In this document: in pieces, positions 39,769-48,413 of the stretch
How positions within the stretch are numbered: the stretch's first letter is position 1
How the letters are laid out: each line of letters opens with the position of its first letter
Virus record (IMG/VR): IMGVR_UViG_3300028578_000003
Location: 1-64,000 of that record
Source: a virus
DNA length: 64,000 bases
Reading direction: 5' to 3' (one strand)
The notes under the pieces: generated by a model
What the model saw: the letters and a program-made list of their open reading frames with translations, nothing else
Databases searched by the model: none
What the model was told of the DNA's origin: nothing
Position numbers and translations under genes: made by a program

Positions 39769-41202
39769 TCAGGCCGACTTGTGCATCCGGTTGCCCACAC
39801 CCGGCACGCTCCGGACCGCCGCCACGAGAGCCGAAGTCAGCAGGTCGCCATCGACGTCAGCGCCGCCCCACTCCACCACGGTCATGACCAACTGGTGGTT
39901 GACCTTGTCGCGACGCACCTCGATCTTGACACCGAACTTGTTGGTCACCGCCCGCAGGACCGCCTGACGCACCTTCGTGGCAACCTCGTTCCGCGACTTG
40001 CCCGACAGGCCAGCCTGAAGCCTGAACTGCCACCCATCCGTCGCGGACCGCTCCGCCTGGTCCTGCTCCACCACCGGCTGCGCCGCCTTGCGCGCCTTGC
40101 GGCCCGGCTTCTCGGCAGGCTCCGGCTCCACGTCCTGGACCGCCACGCCCAGCTTGCCCCGGCACAGCGCGCCGCCGAACGGCCGCTCGTGCATGTCCAG
40201 CCGACCGTCAATCACCGGCTGCTCCGTACGGCACGAGGGGCACTTCGCCATCTCCGGCGCCGGAGCGGCCGTAGCCGGCAACGCCAGCAGGCCCGACAGG
40301 TCCAGCTTCGCTGGGGCAGGCTCCGCCGCAGGCGCCACGGGCACACCGGCGCAGGTGTTGCACTTGACCATCGGCATACCAGCCGCGTCCCGACCGATAC
40401 GCCCGGTCTCCCGGTCCAGACCCACGGCGCCGCACCCGCCGCACGTCTCACGACCCACACCCAAACCCCAATACAGGGCGTTGTGCGCCGCGTCGAACGC
40501 CCGCTGCCACTCGCGGAGCTGCTGCGCCGTGCGCTTCACGGGCAGCGGCTCACCGTTGACCTCCGTGACGATGTCGGTCTCCACCCGGTACAGCGGCACC
40601 CCATCGACCTGCTCCGCCGCCAGACGGGTGAGCAGCGCGTTGATCCGGTCCATGTCCGGCGCGAACCCACCGGTCCGGGGCAGGTAGAACGCATCCTGCT
40701 TCGCCCGCCACCAGAACCAACCCTCGCCGCCCTTTTTCGCCGTTCCGACGATCAGGTGAGCCCGAGAGTGCTGCTCCACCCCGTGGATCACGGTCGGGTG
40801 CTCGCCATCGTGGACCAGCCGCAGCGTGACGGTCTCCACCTTCGGGGTCTCCACCTTCGGAGCCGGCACGGCCTTCTTCGCCACCGCCTTCTTCGGAGCA
40901 GCCTCCACCTTCGGCGCCGCCGGCGCGGGCGTCTCCTCGACAGGCTCCGCCGCCTCCTTCGCCGCGATCTCGTTCGACAGCCACTGCGCCACCTCGGCGA
41001 ACGTCGGTGTCGGCTGGCCCGCCGCACCCGGGAACCGGAAGTCCGGGTACTTCTGCGCGCCCCGCTTCGCCTTAGCGAGCGCGTTCTTCAGCTTGCCCTC
41101 GTTATTGTCCGTGAGGACCTGCTTCGCCAGCACCAAGCGAGGGTCATCCGTTTTCGTAGCCGTAGCCGCCACTTTTCTCACCTTCCGTGGTCGATCGGTC
41201 AT
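39769..41202 (-). CDS. First early gene, multidomain protein with Ala/Lys/Pro linker and CxxC motifs
   Basis: Long ORF with good codon bias; start uncertain (41170-41253). Confidence 0.7.
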   Translation of the reverse strand: MTDRPRKVRKVAATATKTDDPRLVLAKQVLTDNNEGKLKNALAKAKRGAQKYPDFRFPGAAGQPTPTFAEVAQWLSNEIAAKEAAEPVEETPAPAAPKVEAAPKKAVAKKAVPAPKVETPKVETVTLRLVHDGEHPTVIHGVEQHSRAHLIVGTAKKGGEGWFWWRAKQDAFYLPRTGGFAPDMDRINALLTRLAAEQVDGVPLYRVETDIVTEVNGEPLPVKRTAQQLREWQRAFDAAHNALYWGLGVGRETCGGCGAVGLDRETGRIGRDAAGMPMVKCNTCAGVPVAPAAEPAPAKLDLSGLLALPATAAPAPEMAKCPSCRTEQPVIDGRLDMHERPFGGALCRGKLGVAVQDVEPEPAEKPGRKARKAAQPVVEQDQAERSATDGWQFRLQAGLSGKSRNEVATKVRQAVLRAVTNKFGVKIEVRRDKVNHQLVMTVVEWGGADVDGDLLTSALVAAVRSVPGVGNRMHKSA

Positions 41203-41265
41203 TAGCAGACCGCACCGTGCGCACTCCACTGCGCGCCCGGTCTGGAGAGCCAATGCGCCTTAGGT

Positions 41266-42640
41266 GCGCCGGCCGGTCGGTTACCCAACCGGCCGGCGCC
41301 CAAGAGATAGATGTCCCGTCACACTCGGAACACAGGTTCGCGTGTGTCCGGGGCGCTACACCCGGCTCACTACGCCACGCTAGGCAGGGACATACCTGAG
41401 AACACACCTCCGGCCCGGCGTCACTCGGGACGGTCGCCCTTACAGGCGTAGGTTCTGTGGCGATCATCGACCGACCCGCTCCCGCGAGTCCGCCTCGACA
41501 CGGGTGCCTTTGCACCCCCCGCTCCTAGGACGTGGTAAGCCCATCATCGGTAGTCGGTGGCTCCGGTCCGTGACCCTTACCGGCATCAGATGCCGGACCC
41601 TCGCACGGGACCATCCGAGCGCACTGTGCACGCTCCCGCCATGCCCCCCACCAGGCCCCGATACGGGCGGGTAGGGAACCGCTCTGGTGTTCAGAGCCCT
41701 AGCGCGCTAGGCGAGACGCACCCGCCTAGCAACATTTCCCCTGGCAATGTGTCAATGAGAGATACCACTCTTCCGCTCGCCTCACGGCGATCCGACAACC
41801 CTGCCTCACGGCGGGTACCTAAGCCACGCTAGTGGTCGCCCGAAGGCATGAAGGCGCGCGGTATCGGTCTCGCATAAGCGCCACCCTCCGCTGATCAGAT
41901 CAGCGGCTAGCTTGCATCCCGTGGTCTCTCGCGCCTAAAGCATGGTTGGCGTCGGCGCAGGCCATTCAATGGGGAATCACACTATTCACGTTTCAAGGAA
42001 CACCGGCCGGACACAGTCCGGGCAAGACTGCGCATACGCCCTTGCGTCGCGCTTTACGTCTCACGCACCGTCCCCGCAGAAAGCGCAGCCATCCCCTTGA
42101 CATCACACGGATGCCCGGATCGGAGGCACACTCGCCCGATTGGGTCTAGTGCCGGAGCTAGCAGCTGGTGATGTCAGCGCACGGGGAACCGCTGGCAGTC
42201 AGACTGCCCGCTATCCCTGGTGTGCACCCCGTCACCCCTATGGCTAGCGCGCCCGGTCAGACCGGGTGAGCGCCGCGCCATGCGGTCGGTTTGCTAGCCG
42301 TATTCGATTCACAAGTAACGGGTGCCCGGTCAGACCGGGCCGTGCCAACCCCGGTCAGACCGGGGGCCTAGCGTGTGCACCCGGTCAGACCGGGCCGTGC
42401 CTTACGTAAACAGCAAGGGGAGGAAAGCATCGGTCCTAGGGGTCGCCAGAAGGCTTCCCGTTCTTCAGCAATTACAGCGTGCCCCGGGTGTTACCGGAGG
42501 ATCTGCCTACCACTGCTTGTGCCGATTGCCGCGTACCCACCATGCCGCCTTGCGTGCAAGCGGCCCGACTGATAGCGATTCACGGATGGCCCATTTCAGA
42601 AACGGGATACCGTCCGCTTACTCGCCTGCCGTTCGCTTGC
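41266..42640 (-). ncRNA. Putative long structured leader/ncRNA
   Basis: No credible ORF; eight UCUGA hairpins plus GUAA, GUGA and UUCG tetraloop hairpins on the minus strand; downstream of two leftward TTGACA promoters. Confidence 0.6.
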
Positions 42641-42647
42641 GAGTGCC

Positions 42648-42690
42648 ACTCTGCCGGTCCATTGGCCACTTGTCAAGTTACCCCAACTAC
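42648..42690 (-). promoter_or_regulatory. Leftward promoter TTGACA-17-CAGAGT with operator abutting the -35
   Basis: tgtcaa at 42671-42676; operator at 42677-42690. Confidence 0.65.
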
Positions 42691-42749
42691 TGCCATTGCT
42701 AAGGGGATCGCTTGGCTTCCTGGCTTGCCCTGCTCGGTGGAACGCAAGT

Positions 42750-42793
42750 AGCTTGCGCTCCGCCCAACCCCCTTGTCAAGTTACCCCGACTAC
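42750..42793 (-). promoter_or_regulatory. Leftward promoter (TTGACA, weak -10) with a 1-mismatch operator
   Basis: tgtcaa at 42774-42779; GTTACCCCGACTAC at 42780-42793. Confidence 0.55.
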
Positions 42794-42794
42794 A

Positions 42795-42810
42795 TGTGAC
42801 CCAGGTCACA
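42795..42810. promoter_or_regulatory. Crp/GlxR-type binding site
   Basis: Perfect TGTGA-N6-TCACA (TGTGACCCAGGTCACA). Confidence 0.6.
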
Positions 42811-43134
42811 ATCGCCCCCTTTTAATTGCTAAGAGGAATCGCGCGCAATGCGCACGCGCGGTTCCTTACTAAGCAAAGGGGGATCGATTCCTCTCGATGG
42901 ATCCAAGATCAACCCCCGGGGGTACCCCTCCCCCGTACCCCGGCGCGCGCGCCATCGGCGGGTTCGGGGCCTCGCGGTACGTACAGGTCCAAAACTCCTG
43001 AGCCTCCAAAGTTTCCGGGATGCGCGCGTCTGCGGCGTGTCTGCTGACCTGCGGATATAGGATCGCGACCGTGACCGCCGGGGTCGGGCGGCGGGAGGCC
43101 GCGCAGCCAAGATCACCCCCGGCCGCTGCCATGG

Positions 43135-43875
43135 ATGCTCCCCGTCACCACCTCTTCCCCGTACGCTCCCGGCATGCTCGATCCCCGCATACGCCAGCTC
43201 ACTTCCAAGGCAGACGCAGTCGCCGCCGCGCGTACGGTGACGACTCCGGACGAGATCGGACGGTTCGAGGAAATAGCGAGACAAACAGAGGCTGGTCGCG
43301 AATACCTAGCGTCGGGCGAATGGCTTTCCTATCGCGCGGTAATTGCCAGTCGTGGGGCCACCCCGACCAGCCGACCTAAGACACTCGCGGAGCTGGCTCG
43401 ATATCTGCAATACCGCGCCGACCAGGTCCCCGAAACCAGCGACCCGGCGGCGGCTCACCGCGACGCCTACCGGCTAGCCGCCTTCGAGGTCTCCGCGCTG
43501 GACATACAGCTCGCGAGCACGGTCACCTGGCCGGTCATGCACAGCGGCATGCGGTTCCCCGAGGCGCTACGCGCGGCCATGAGCGGTGCCCACATCGCCC
43601 GGGCTGGCTGGCCGGCGGGCTCGTACGTGTTGGTGCGGACCGGGTATCCGGCCGGGATCCCGATCAACGAGAACACCGCGGCGGCGACCGGGCTGCCTGT
43701 GGGGACGCCTGGGGTGTTCTTGCCGTACCTCGAGCGCTGCGACGCGAACGAGGCCGCCGCTGTCGCGCTCGGCGTGGCGGGAGAGTACGTGTTCCAGCCG
43801 TGGACGCCGGGCCAGGAGGACGTCTTCGGCGGCGACTGGCGGGCGATCAGTGGGAGGGCGGGGCTGCTGACCTAG
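43135..43875 (+). CDS. DUF2829 (Tad2-like) domain protein with N-terminal extension
   Basis: MRFPEALRAAMSGAHIARAGW...FLPYL...PWTPGQEDVFGGDW; start uncertain. Confidence 0.8.
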   Translation: MLPVTTSSPYAPGMLDPRIRQLTSKADAVAAARTVTTPDEIGRFEEIARQTEAGREYLASGEWLSYRAVIASRGATPTSRPKTLAELARYLQYRADQVPETSDPAAAHRDAYRLAAFEVSALDIQLASTVTWPVMHSGMRFPEALRAAMSGAHIARAGWPAGSYVLVRTGYPAGIPINENTAAATGLPVGTPGVFLPYLERCDANEAAAVALGVAGEYVFQPWTPGQEDVFGGDWRAISGRAGLLT

Positions 43876-45022
43876 TCTGCGGCCCGTCGGTGTCCGGGTA
43901 CCAGCGGCGGTACTCGTCGACGTGCTCGGCGACGTGCCGTCGGCCGGCTTCAGTGAGTTGCACTCGAGGTACGGTCTTCGCCTCGCCCGGGTAGCGGCGC
44001 AGGTTGAGTGCCTGGACCACCTCGACCAGGCCGCCGCCTTTGCGGGCGGCGAGCCGCTCGACGGCCGCGGCACTGCCGGCGGTCTTCTCGGCGCCGTAGA
44101 GGCTGATCTGCCCGTCCGGGATGTCGAGCACCGCGGCGGGTACCTCGTCGTCGTACTGGGTGTAGTCGCGGGCGAGCAACTCGCGTTCCGGCGAGCGGCC
44201 GCGCTGCTCCAGATCGGTCAGCCACACGAGCAGCCGCCACTCGGTGACCTTCACCAAGTGCCGCGGCTTGCCCTGGTGGTCGACCAGGCCCTCGTGCGCC
44301 CCGTCGACGTCGTCCGGCTCGATCCCGGGCACGGCCGGGTACAGCTCGGCGTAGCAGCGGTGGTGCAGCTCGGCGTGCCGGCGGCCGCGGGCACTGGGCC
44401 GGTACCGGTACTTGCCGCCGGCCTGGAAATCCTCCATGAGCTCGCCGTCTTTGCGGTCGCGCAACCCCAGGAGCGCGTTCCACGTTGGCCCGTACTCGGG
44501 GCTGTCTTTGGGCAAATCCCAGCGGTCGGTGTCGGTGAGACAGCCCTGCTCGCCGGCGTTGTAGAGCCTGGCCAGCGCGCCCCAAAGCCACTCGGACAGC
44601 AGGCCCTCCGGCGCCTTCGCCGGGCGCGGCTCGTCGAGACCTGCCCGGGCGGCCGCCCGGCCGGCCGGGGTCAGCTTCACGAGTAGCACGTCAGCCATGC
44701 CAAATCCGACCTGCCGAAAGTCGCCCCGCTCCTCGATCAGGCCGCGCGTGCGCAGCACCTTAAGGGTCGACCCGGCGCCCGGATCCAGCTTCCCCTCATG
44801 CTTCAGTTGGGCCTGGATGCTGCTGTGATTTCCGGGGCCCTCGACGGCGTAGAGCTGCCACCGCCATTCGCTCGCCGGCGGGGGCTTCTCCCAGCGCTTG
44901 CGGGCCGCGGCGATTTCCTCTTCGGCGTCCTGGTCGAACTGGTAGATCACACGCAGGTACGCGCGTTGGCGTTCGTTCAGCTGCTCCCACGCGGTGCGGG
45001 CCTTGGCTGCTTGGGTTGGCAC
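43847..45022 (-). CDS. Protein with three MarR-like winged-helix repeats
   Basis: Repeats ending VKLTPAGRAA, YRPSARGRRH and VQLTEAGRRH. Confidence 0.7.
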   Translation of the reverse strand: MPTQAAKARTAWEQLNERQRAYLRVIYQFDQDAEEEIAAARKRWEKPPPASEWRWQLYAVEGPGNHSSIQAQLKHEGKLDPGAGSTLKVLRTRGLIEERGDFRQVGFGMADVLLVKLTPAGRAAARAGLDEPRPAKAPEGLLSEWLWGALARLYNAGEQGCLTDTDRWDLPKDSPEYGPTWNALLGLRDRKDGELMEDFQAGGKYRYRPSARGRRHAELHHRCYAELYPAVPGIEPDDVDGAHEGLVDHQGKPRHLVKVTEWRLLVWLTDLEQRGRSPERELLARDYTQYDDEVPAAVLDIPDGQISLYGAEKTAGSAAAVERLAARKGGGLVEVVQALNLRRYPGEAKTVPRVQLTEAGRRHVAEHVDEYRRWYPDTDGPQTRSAAPPSH

Positions 45023-45203
45023 GGCGGCACAGTATCGCGTAGGTGTGACGGGATGTCGGTTCTGTCGATTCAGGGGTTGTGACCTGGGTGTCGTGTCCGG
45101 ATTGACACGAGTGCTTAGGCCGCCCATTATGTCCACATTGGCGGTCTCTGCCCTGCGACGGGTGGGCCGCTTTTCCGCGTACTGGCGGGGAGGTGAGCTA
45201 GAT

Positions 45204-45536
45204 GTGACCCAGGAGCGGGCCCGGCCGGCGTGGGCGGGATCGACGCGGCGTGACCGGCTGCCCCCGAACTGGGATGAGCTGCGGGCGGCGAAGGACGCGG
45301 AGAACCCTGAGCACGTCTGCCACCGCTGCGGGTTGCCGGGCGGGTCAGAGCTCGACCACCTGCTGGCCGGCGACGACCACCGGCTGGACAACCTCGACTG
45401 GATCCACAACCGGGCGGACTACCTCGCGGGGCGGTCGCGGGAGAACTGCCACGGGAAGAAGTCCGGGGCGGAGGGCGCGGCCGCGCTGGCGGCGATCCGC
45501 CGCAGGCCGCCAGATATCCATCCCGCGCTGCGGTGA
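45204..45536 (+). CDS. HNH endonuclease (packaging-associated type)
   Basis: WAGSTRRDRLPPNW..CHRC..ELDH...DDHRLDNL...CHGKKS; GGAGG RBS. Confidence 0.85.
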   Translation: MTQERARPAWAGSTRRDRLPPNWDELRAAKDAENPEHVCHRCGLPGGSELDHLLAGDDHRLDNLDWIHNRADYLAGRSRENCHGKKSGAEGAAALAAIRRRPPDIHPALR

Positions 45537-45814
45537 GGTCCCCCGTCTTCGAGTCTCCGGATGCGGATGTTGCCGGTATCCCAGACCACCCGGAGGCTGC
45601 GATGCCTGAGATGACAGACGACGACCTCGCCCGCTTCAAGGCCGCGGTGCGGCTGCGCGACCGCTGCGTCCGGTTGGCCGTGAAGCGGATGGACCACTGC
45701 GGCCAGCGGCCGGATCAGCAGGCGGCGCGTATCACGTACGACGCGATCGCCGAGGTTATCCGCGAGGACGAGCGTGAGCGGCTGCGCGCGGCCGGCCTGC
45801 TGCTGTCCGGCTAA
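45533..45814 (+). CDS. Hypothetical protein
   Basis: GTGA overlap; alternative start at 45602 with GGAGG. Confidence 0.55.
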   Translation: MRSPVFESPDADVAGIPDHPEAAMPEMTDDDLARFKAAVRLRDRCVRLAVKRMDHCGQRPDQQAARITYDAIAEVIREDERERLRAAGLLLSG

Positions 45815-45860
45815 TTCGTTGTCCACGTGACAGCGCCGAGTAACGATTCGAGGAGTAGAG

Positions 45861-46514
45861 ATGTCCGAGGCTGCCCACCCGCAGCAAGGTGACCCGGCGG
45901 CCGCTGACGCGGACGCCCCGCTGGCCGTGAAGAACCCGTTCCCGACGTCGATGACGGTGCCGGGCCCGGACGGGCGGCAGGTGGCTGTGGAGCTCGCGAC
46001 GCTGGACGGGAACGTGTTCGCGCCGGGGCTGGACGCGCTGGGGCTGGAGCCGCATGTGCGGCAGTACGTCACCCAGTACTGCGCGATGTGGTCGGCGTCG
46101 GTGGTGACCACCGGGGCGCTGGCGCAGCGGTGGCCGATGCCGCCGCGGCGCGGGCAGCTGCAGTTCACGGCGAGTCAGCTGCACGCGATGCTGGCGTTGG
46201 CCGCGGACGAGCGGCTGGTGAGCGTGATCGCGGAGCCGTTGACGGGGAGCCTGCGGTTCGTGGTGGAGTCGCCGCGGCTGGCGCCTATGGGTGTCTGGAA
46301 TGTTGAGCCGCCGCCCATCGGTCTGCCGATCTCGGCGTGGTATGAGGGCCGTCAGGGTGACGGCGACCCCGGTGGTCTGGCCGCCGCGCATCGGCAGCTC
46401 GAGGCGCTCAGGGTGCGGGCCAAGGTGTCCGCGCAGGAGTGGGAGAACGCGATCGCGGAGGCGGAGCGGAAGCTCGCGCCGGCGGGCGGGTTCGTGCAGG
46501 GGGTCGGCGGATGA
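45861..46514 (+). CDS. Hypothetical protein
   Basis: GAGGAG RBS. Confidence 0.65.
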   Translation: MSEAAHPQQGDPAAADADAPLAVKNPFPTSMTVPGPDGRQVAVELATLDGNVFAPGLDALGLEPHVRQYVTQYCAMWSASVVTTGALAQRWPMPPRRGQLQFTASQLHAMLALAADERLVSVIAEPLTGSLRFVVESPRLAPMGVWNVEPPPIGLPISAWYEGRQGDGDPGGLAAAHRQLEALRVRAKVSAQEWENAIAEAERKLAPAGGFVQGVGG

Positions 46515-46747
46515 GCCGCGAGGACCTCGTGGCGATGGTGCCGGCGTGCCTGGCTTTGCCGTCGAGGTACACCGACGCGACGATCACCGTCGGGATTCAG
46601 GTCGACGCCGATGGCCTGGTGGTGTCCGCGCCGGCGCTGGCGCATCTGGTGTCGGTGCTGCCGGCCGGGAGTATCACGCTGGTGGAGCAGTTCTGTTCGA
46701 TGTGGTCGCAGTGGCTGGCTCGGAACCGTGAGGGGGTTCCGGCGTGA
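46511..46747 (+). CDS. Hypothetical protein
   Basis: ATGA/GTGA coupling. Confidence 0.5.
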   Translation: MSREDLVAMVPACLALPSRYTDATITVGIQVDADGLVVSAPALAHLVSVLPAGSITLVEQFCSMWSQWLARNREGVPA

Positions 46748-47064
46748 ATACGAGGCAGTCGGATTCGCGGGTGCCGGGCCGGCCGCCGCCGGCGTCGTTC
46801 GGGCGGGAGGGCGTTGATGGGCCGCCGTCGGAGGATTTCTCGATCCGGGGCGGTCAGGCGTTCCACCTGGTGTTGCACGTCGATGTGACGCCGTCGGTGG
46901 AGTCGCTGGACGCGTTGCGTCAGGCGGTCGCGGCGACCACTCGTCAGGGTGTGCTGGAGGGGTTCGCGGCCGCGTACGAGGAGATGGAAGCGGAGGTCGC
47001 TGCCGCGTCTGGGCCGGGCCCGGACGCTGCCGCGCCGGGCGAGCCGGCGAGCGGGTCGACGTGA
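46744..47064 (+). CDS. Hypothetical protein
   Basis: Coupled on both sides. Confidence 0.55.
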   Translation: MNTRQSDSRVPGRPPPASFGREGVDGPPSEDFSIRGGQAFHLVLHVDVTPSVESLDALRQAVAATTRQGVLEGFAAAYEEMEAEVAAASGPGPDAAAPGEPASGST

Positions 47065-47699
47065 CCACGGTCATCGGCATCGCCCGGCCGCACGGTGTGT
47101 GGATGTCGGCGGACACCGGCACCAACGTCTTCGACCGGCCGGTCGTCGGGTCGACGTGGAAGATTCGGCGGTTGCTTGACGGCGGGGGCAGTCCGGTCGC
47201 GCTGCTGGGTATCTCCGGGACGGCGGCCGCGATCTCGGTGCTGCGCAAGGCGTTCGCCGACGAGCCGGTCGACCAGCTCGGCGACGGTGACCCGGAGGAT
47301 TGGTCGTACGCGATCGCCTCCCGGATGACGAAGGCGATGGTTGAGGCCGGGCTGACCGACCACGACACCGGGCAGATGGACGGCACGATGCTGCTCGGCA
47401 CGCCTGGGCACATGTGGACGCTCGAACATCACCTGGCTATACGGATGCCCGACGGGATCGGGGCGGTCGGGTCCGGTGAGGCCGTGGCCATCGGCGCGCT
47501 TGACGTGTTGCTGGAGGATGACGTGCCGCTCAGTCAGGCCGTCTACCGCGCGGCCACGATCGCGATCAACCGGGACCAGTGGTCAAGGCTGCCGCTGCAG
47601 AACGATTTCCTGCCTGCCGCCGACTCGGCTCTGCGCGCCGCTGGCCTGACCATCCCCACGCCGGCCGCCGGCGACACTGCGTCCGGGTCGGCTCGCTAG
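47061..47699 (+). CDS. Proteasome-beta/HslV-like Ntn threonine protease
   Basis: (M)TTVIG start; Thr1, Asp17 and Lys33 at canonical positions; AVGSG motif. Confidence 0.85.
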   Translation: MTTVIGIARPHGVWMSADTGTNVFDRPVVGSTWKIRRLLDGGGSPVALLGISGTAAAISVLRKAFADEPVDQLGDGDPEDWSYAIASRMTKAMVEAGLTDHDTGQMDGTMLLGTPGHMWTLEHHLAIRMPDGIGAVGSGEAVAIGALDVLLEDDVPLSQAVYRAATIAINRDQWSRLPLQNDFLPAADSALRAAGLTIPTPAAGDTASGSAR

Positions 47700-47850
47700 C
47701 CGCCCGTTGTTCCTGCCGCGTGTCGCGCGGCGCTGAGGTCCGCCGCCCGTAATGGGCCGCGGGCCTTTTCTGGTCTTCCGGCCGCCAGTCCCGCAATGGG
47801 CCGTGCCGCCGGGCTTTTTTCACACCGATCCCGAAATGGGAGTGATCACC

Positions 47851-48393
47851 ATGTCCGGACCAGCGGCGCAGGAGCGCAAGCATGGCCGTACGCCGAACTC
47901 GGTCACGGCCGGGGATTGGCGTGAGTACGACGACGTGCCGTTCGACGGTGCGCCGGAGATGCCGAAGTTGCCGGGGCGTAAGAAGTGGCACCCGCTGGTG
48001 GAGGCGTGGTGGATGACCACGTCGACGTTGCCGCACGCGGTCAGCTGGCGCGACGACGACTGGCAAAAGGTGTTCGAACTGTTGTTCGAAAAGCAGCGGT
48101 ACTACACCGCGGCGACGCCGAAGGAGCAGACCACCGCGCAGCTGACGGAGATCCGGCGGCGGGAGGACGCTCTCGGTATCGGGCAGCAGGCGCGGATCGC
48201 GCTGCGGATCCGGTACAAGCAGAAGGTGGAGCCCGGCGCGGCCGGCGACGGGCCCGGCGGCGCGGTCGAGGTGGTAGACGACGGTTCGGTGAAGCCGGCC
48301 GGGCAGGTGATCCCGATGGCGGACCGCCGCAAGACGATCCTGAGTCGCGCGCCCGGCGGCGAGGACACCGAGACCGCGACCGGCTCCGGCTGA
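47851..48393 (+). CDS. Terminase small subunit
   Basis: Directly upstream of terL; WHPLVEAWW...W.DDDW...EIRRRE..LG....RIALRI pattern of actinophage TerS. Confidence 0.8.
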   Translation: MSGPAAQERKHGRTPNSVTAGDWREYDDVPFDGAPEMPKLPGRKKWHPLVEAWWMTTSTLPHAVSWRDDDWQKVFELLFEKQRYYTAATPKEQTTAQLTEIRRREDALGIGQQARIALRIRYKQKVEPGAAGDGPGGAVEVVDDGSVKPAGQVIPMADRRKTILSRAPGGEDTETATGSG

Positions 48394-48413
48394 GCCCGGG
48401 CCGGTGAGCGGGG

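Noticed and set aside
39091-41205. 704-aa plus-strand ORF
   Set aside because: Arg/His-rich shadow of the minus-strand early gene.
42280-42320. TTCGATTC as a tRNA T-loop
   Set aside because: No pairing T-stem, acceptor stem or cloverleaf is discernible.
42252-42402. CCCGGTCAGACCGGG repeats as a CRISPR array
   Set aside because: The repeats are only 15 bp, spacing is irregular (about 10-60 nt), there are no cas genes, and the same loop occurs on unrelated stems.
41144-42751. Short ORFs in the control region
   Set aside because: No RBS or GC3 bias and no recognisable motifs; the region is better explained as structured non-coding sequence.
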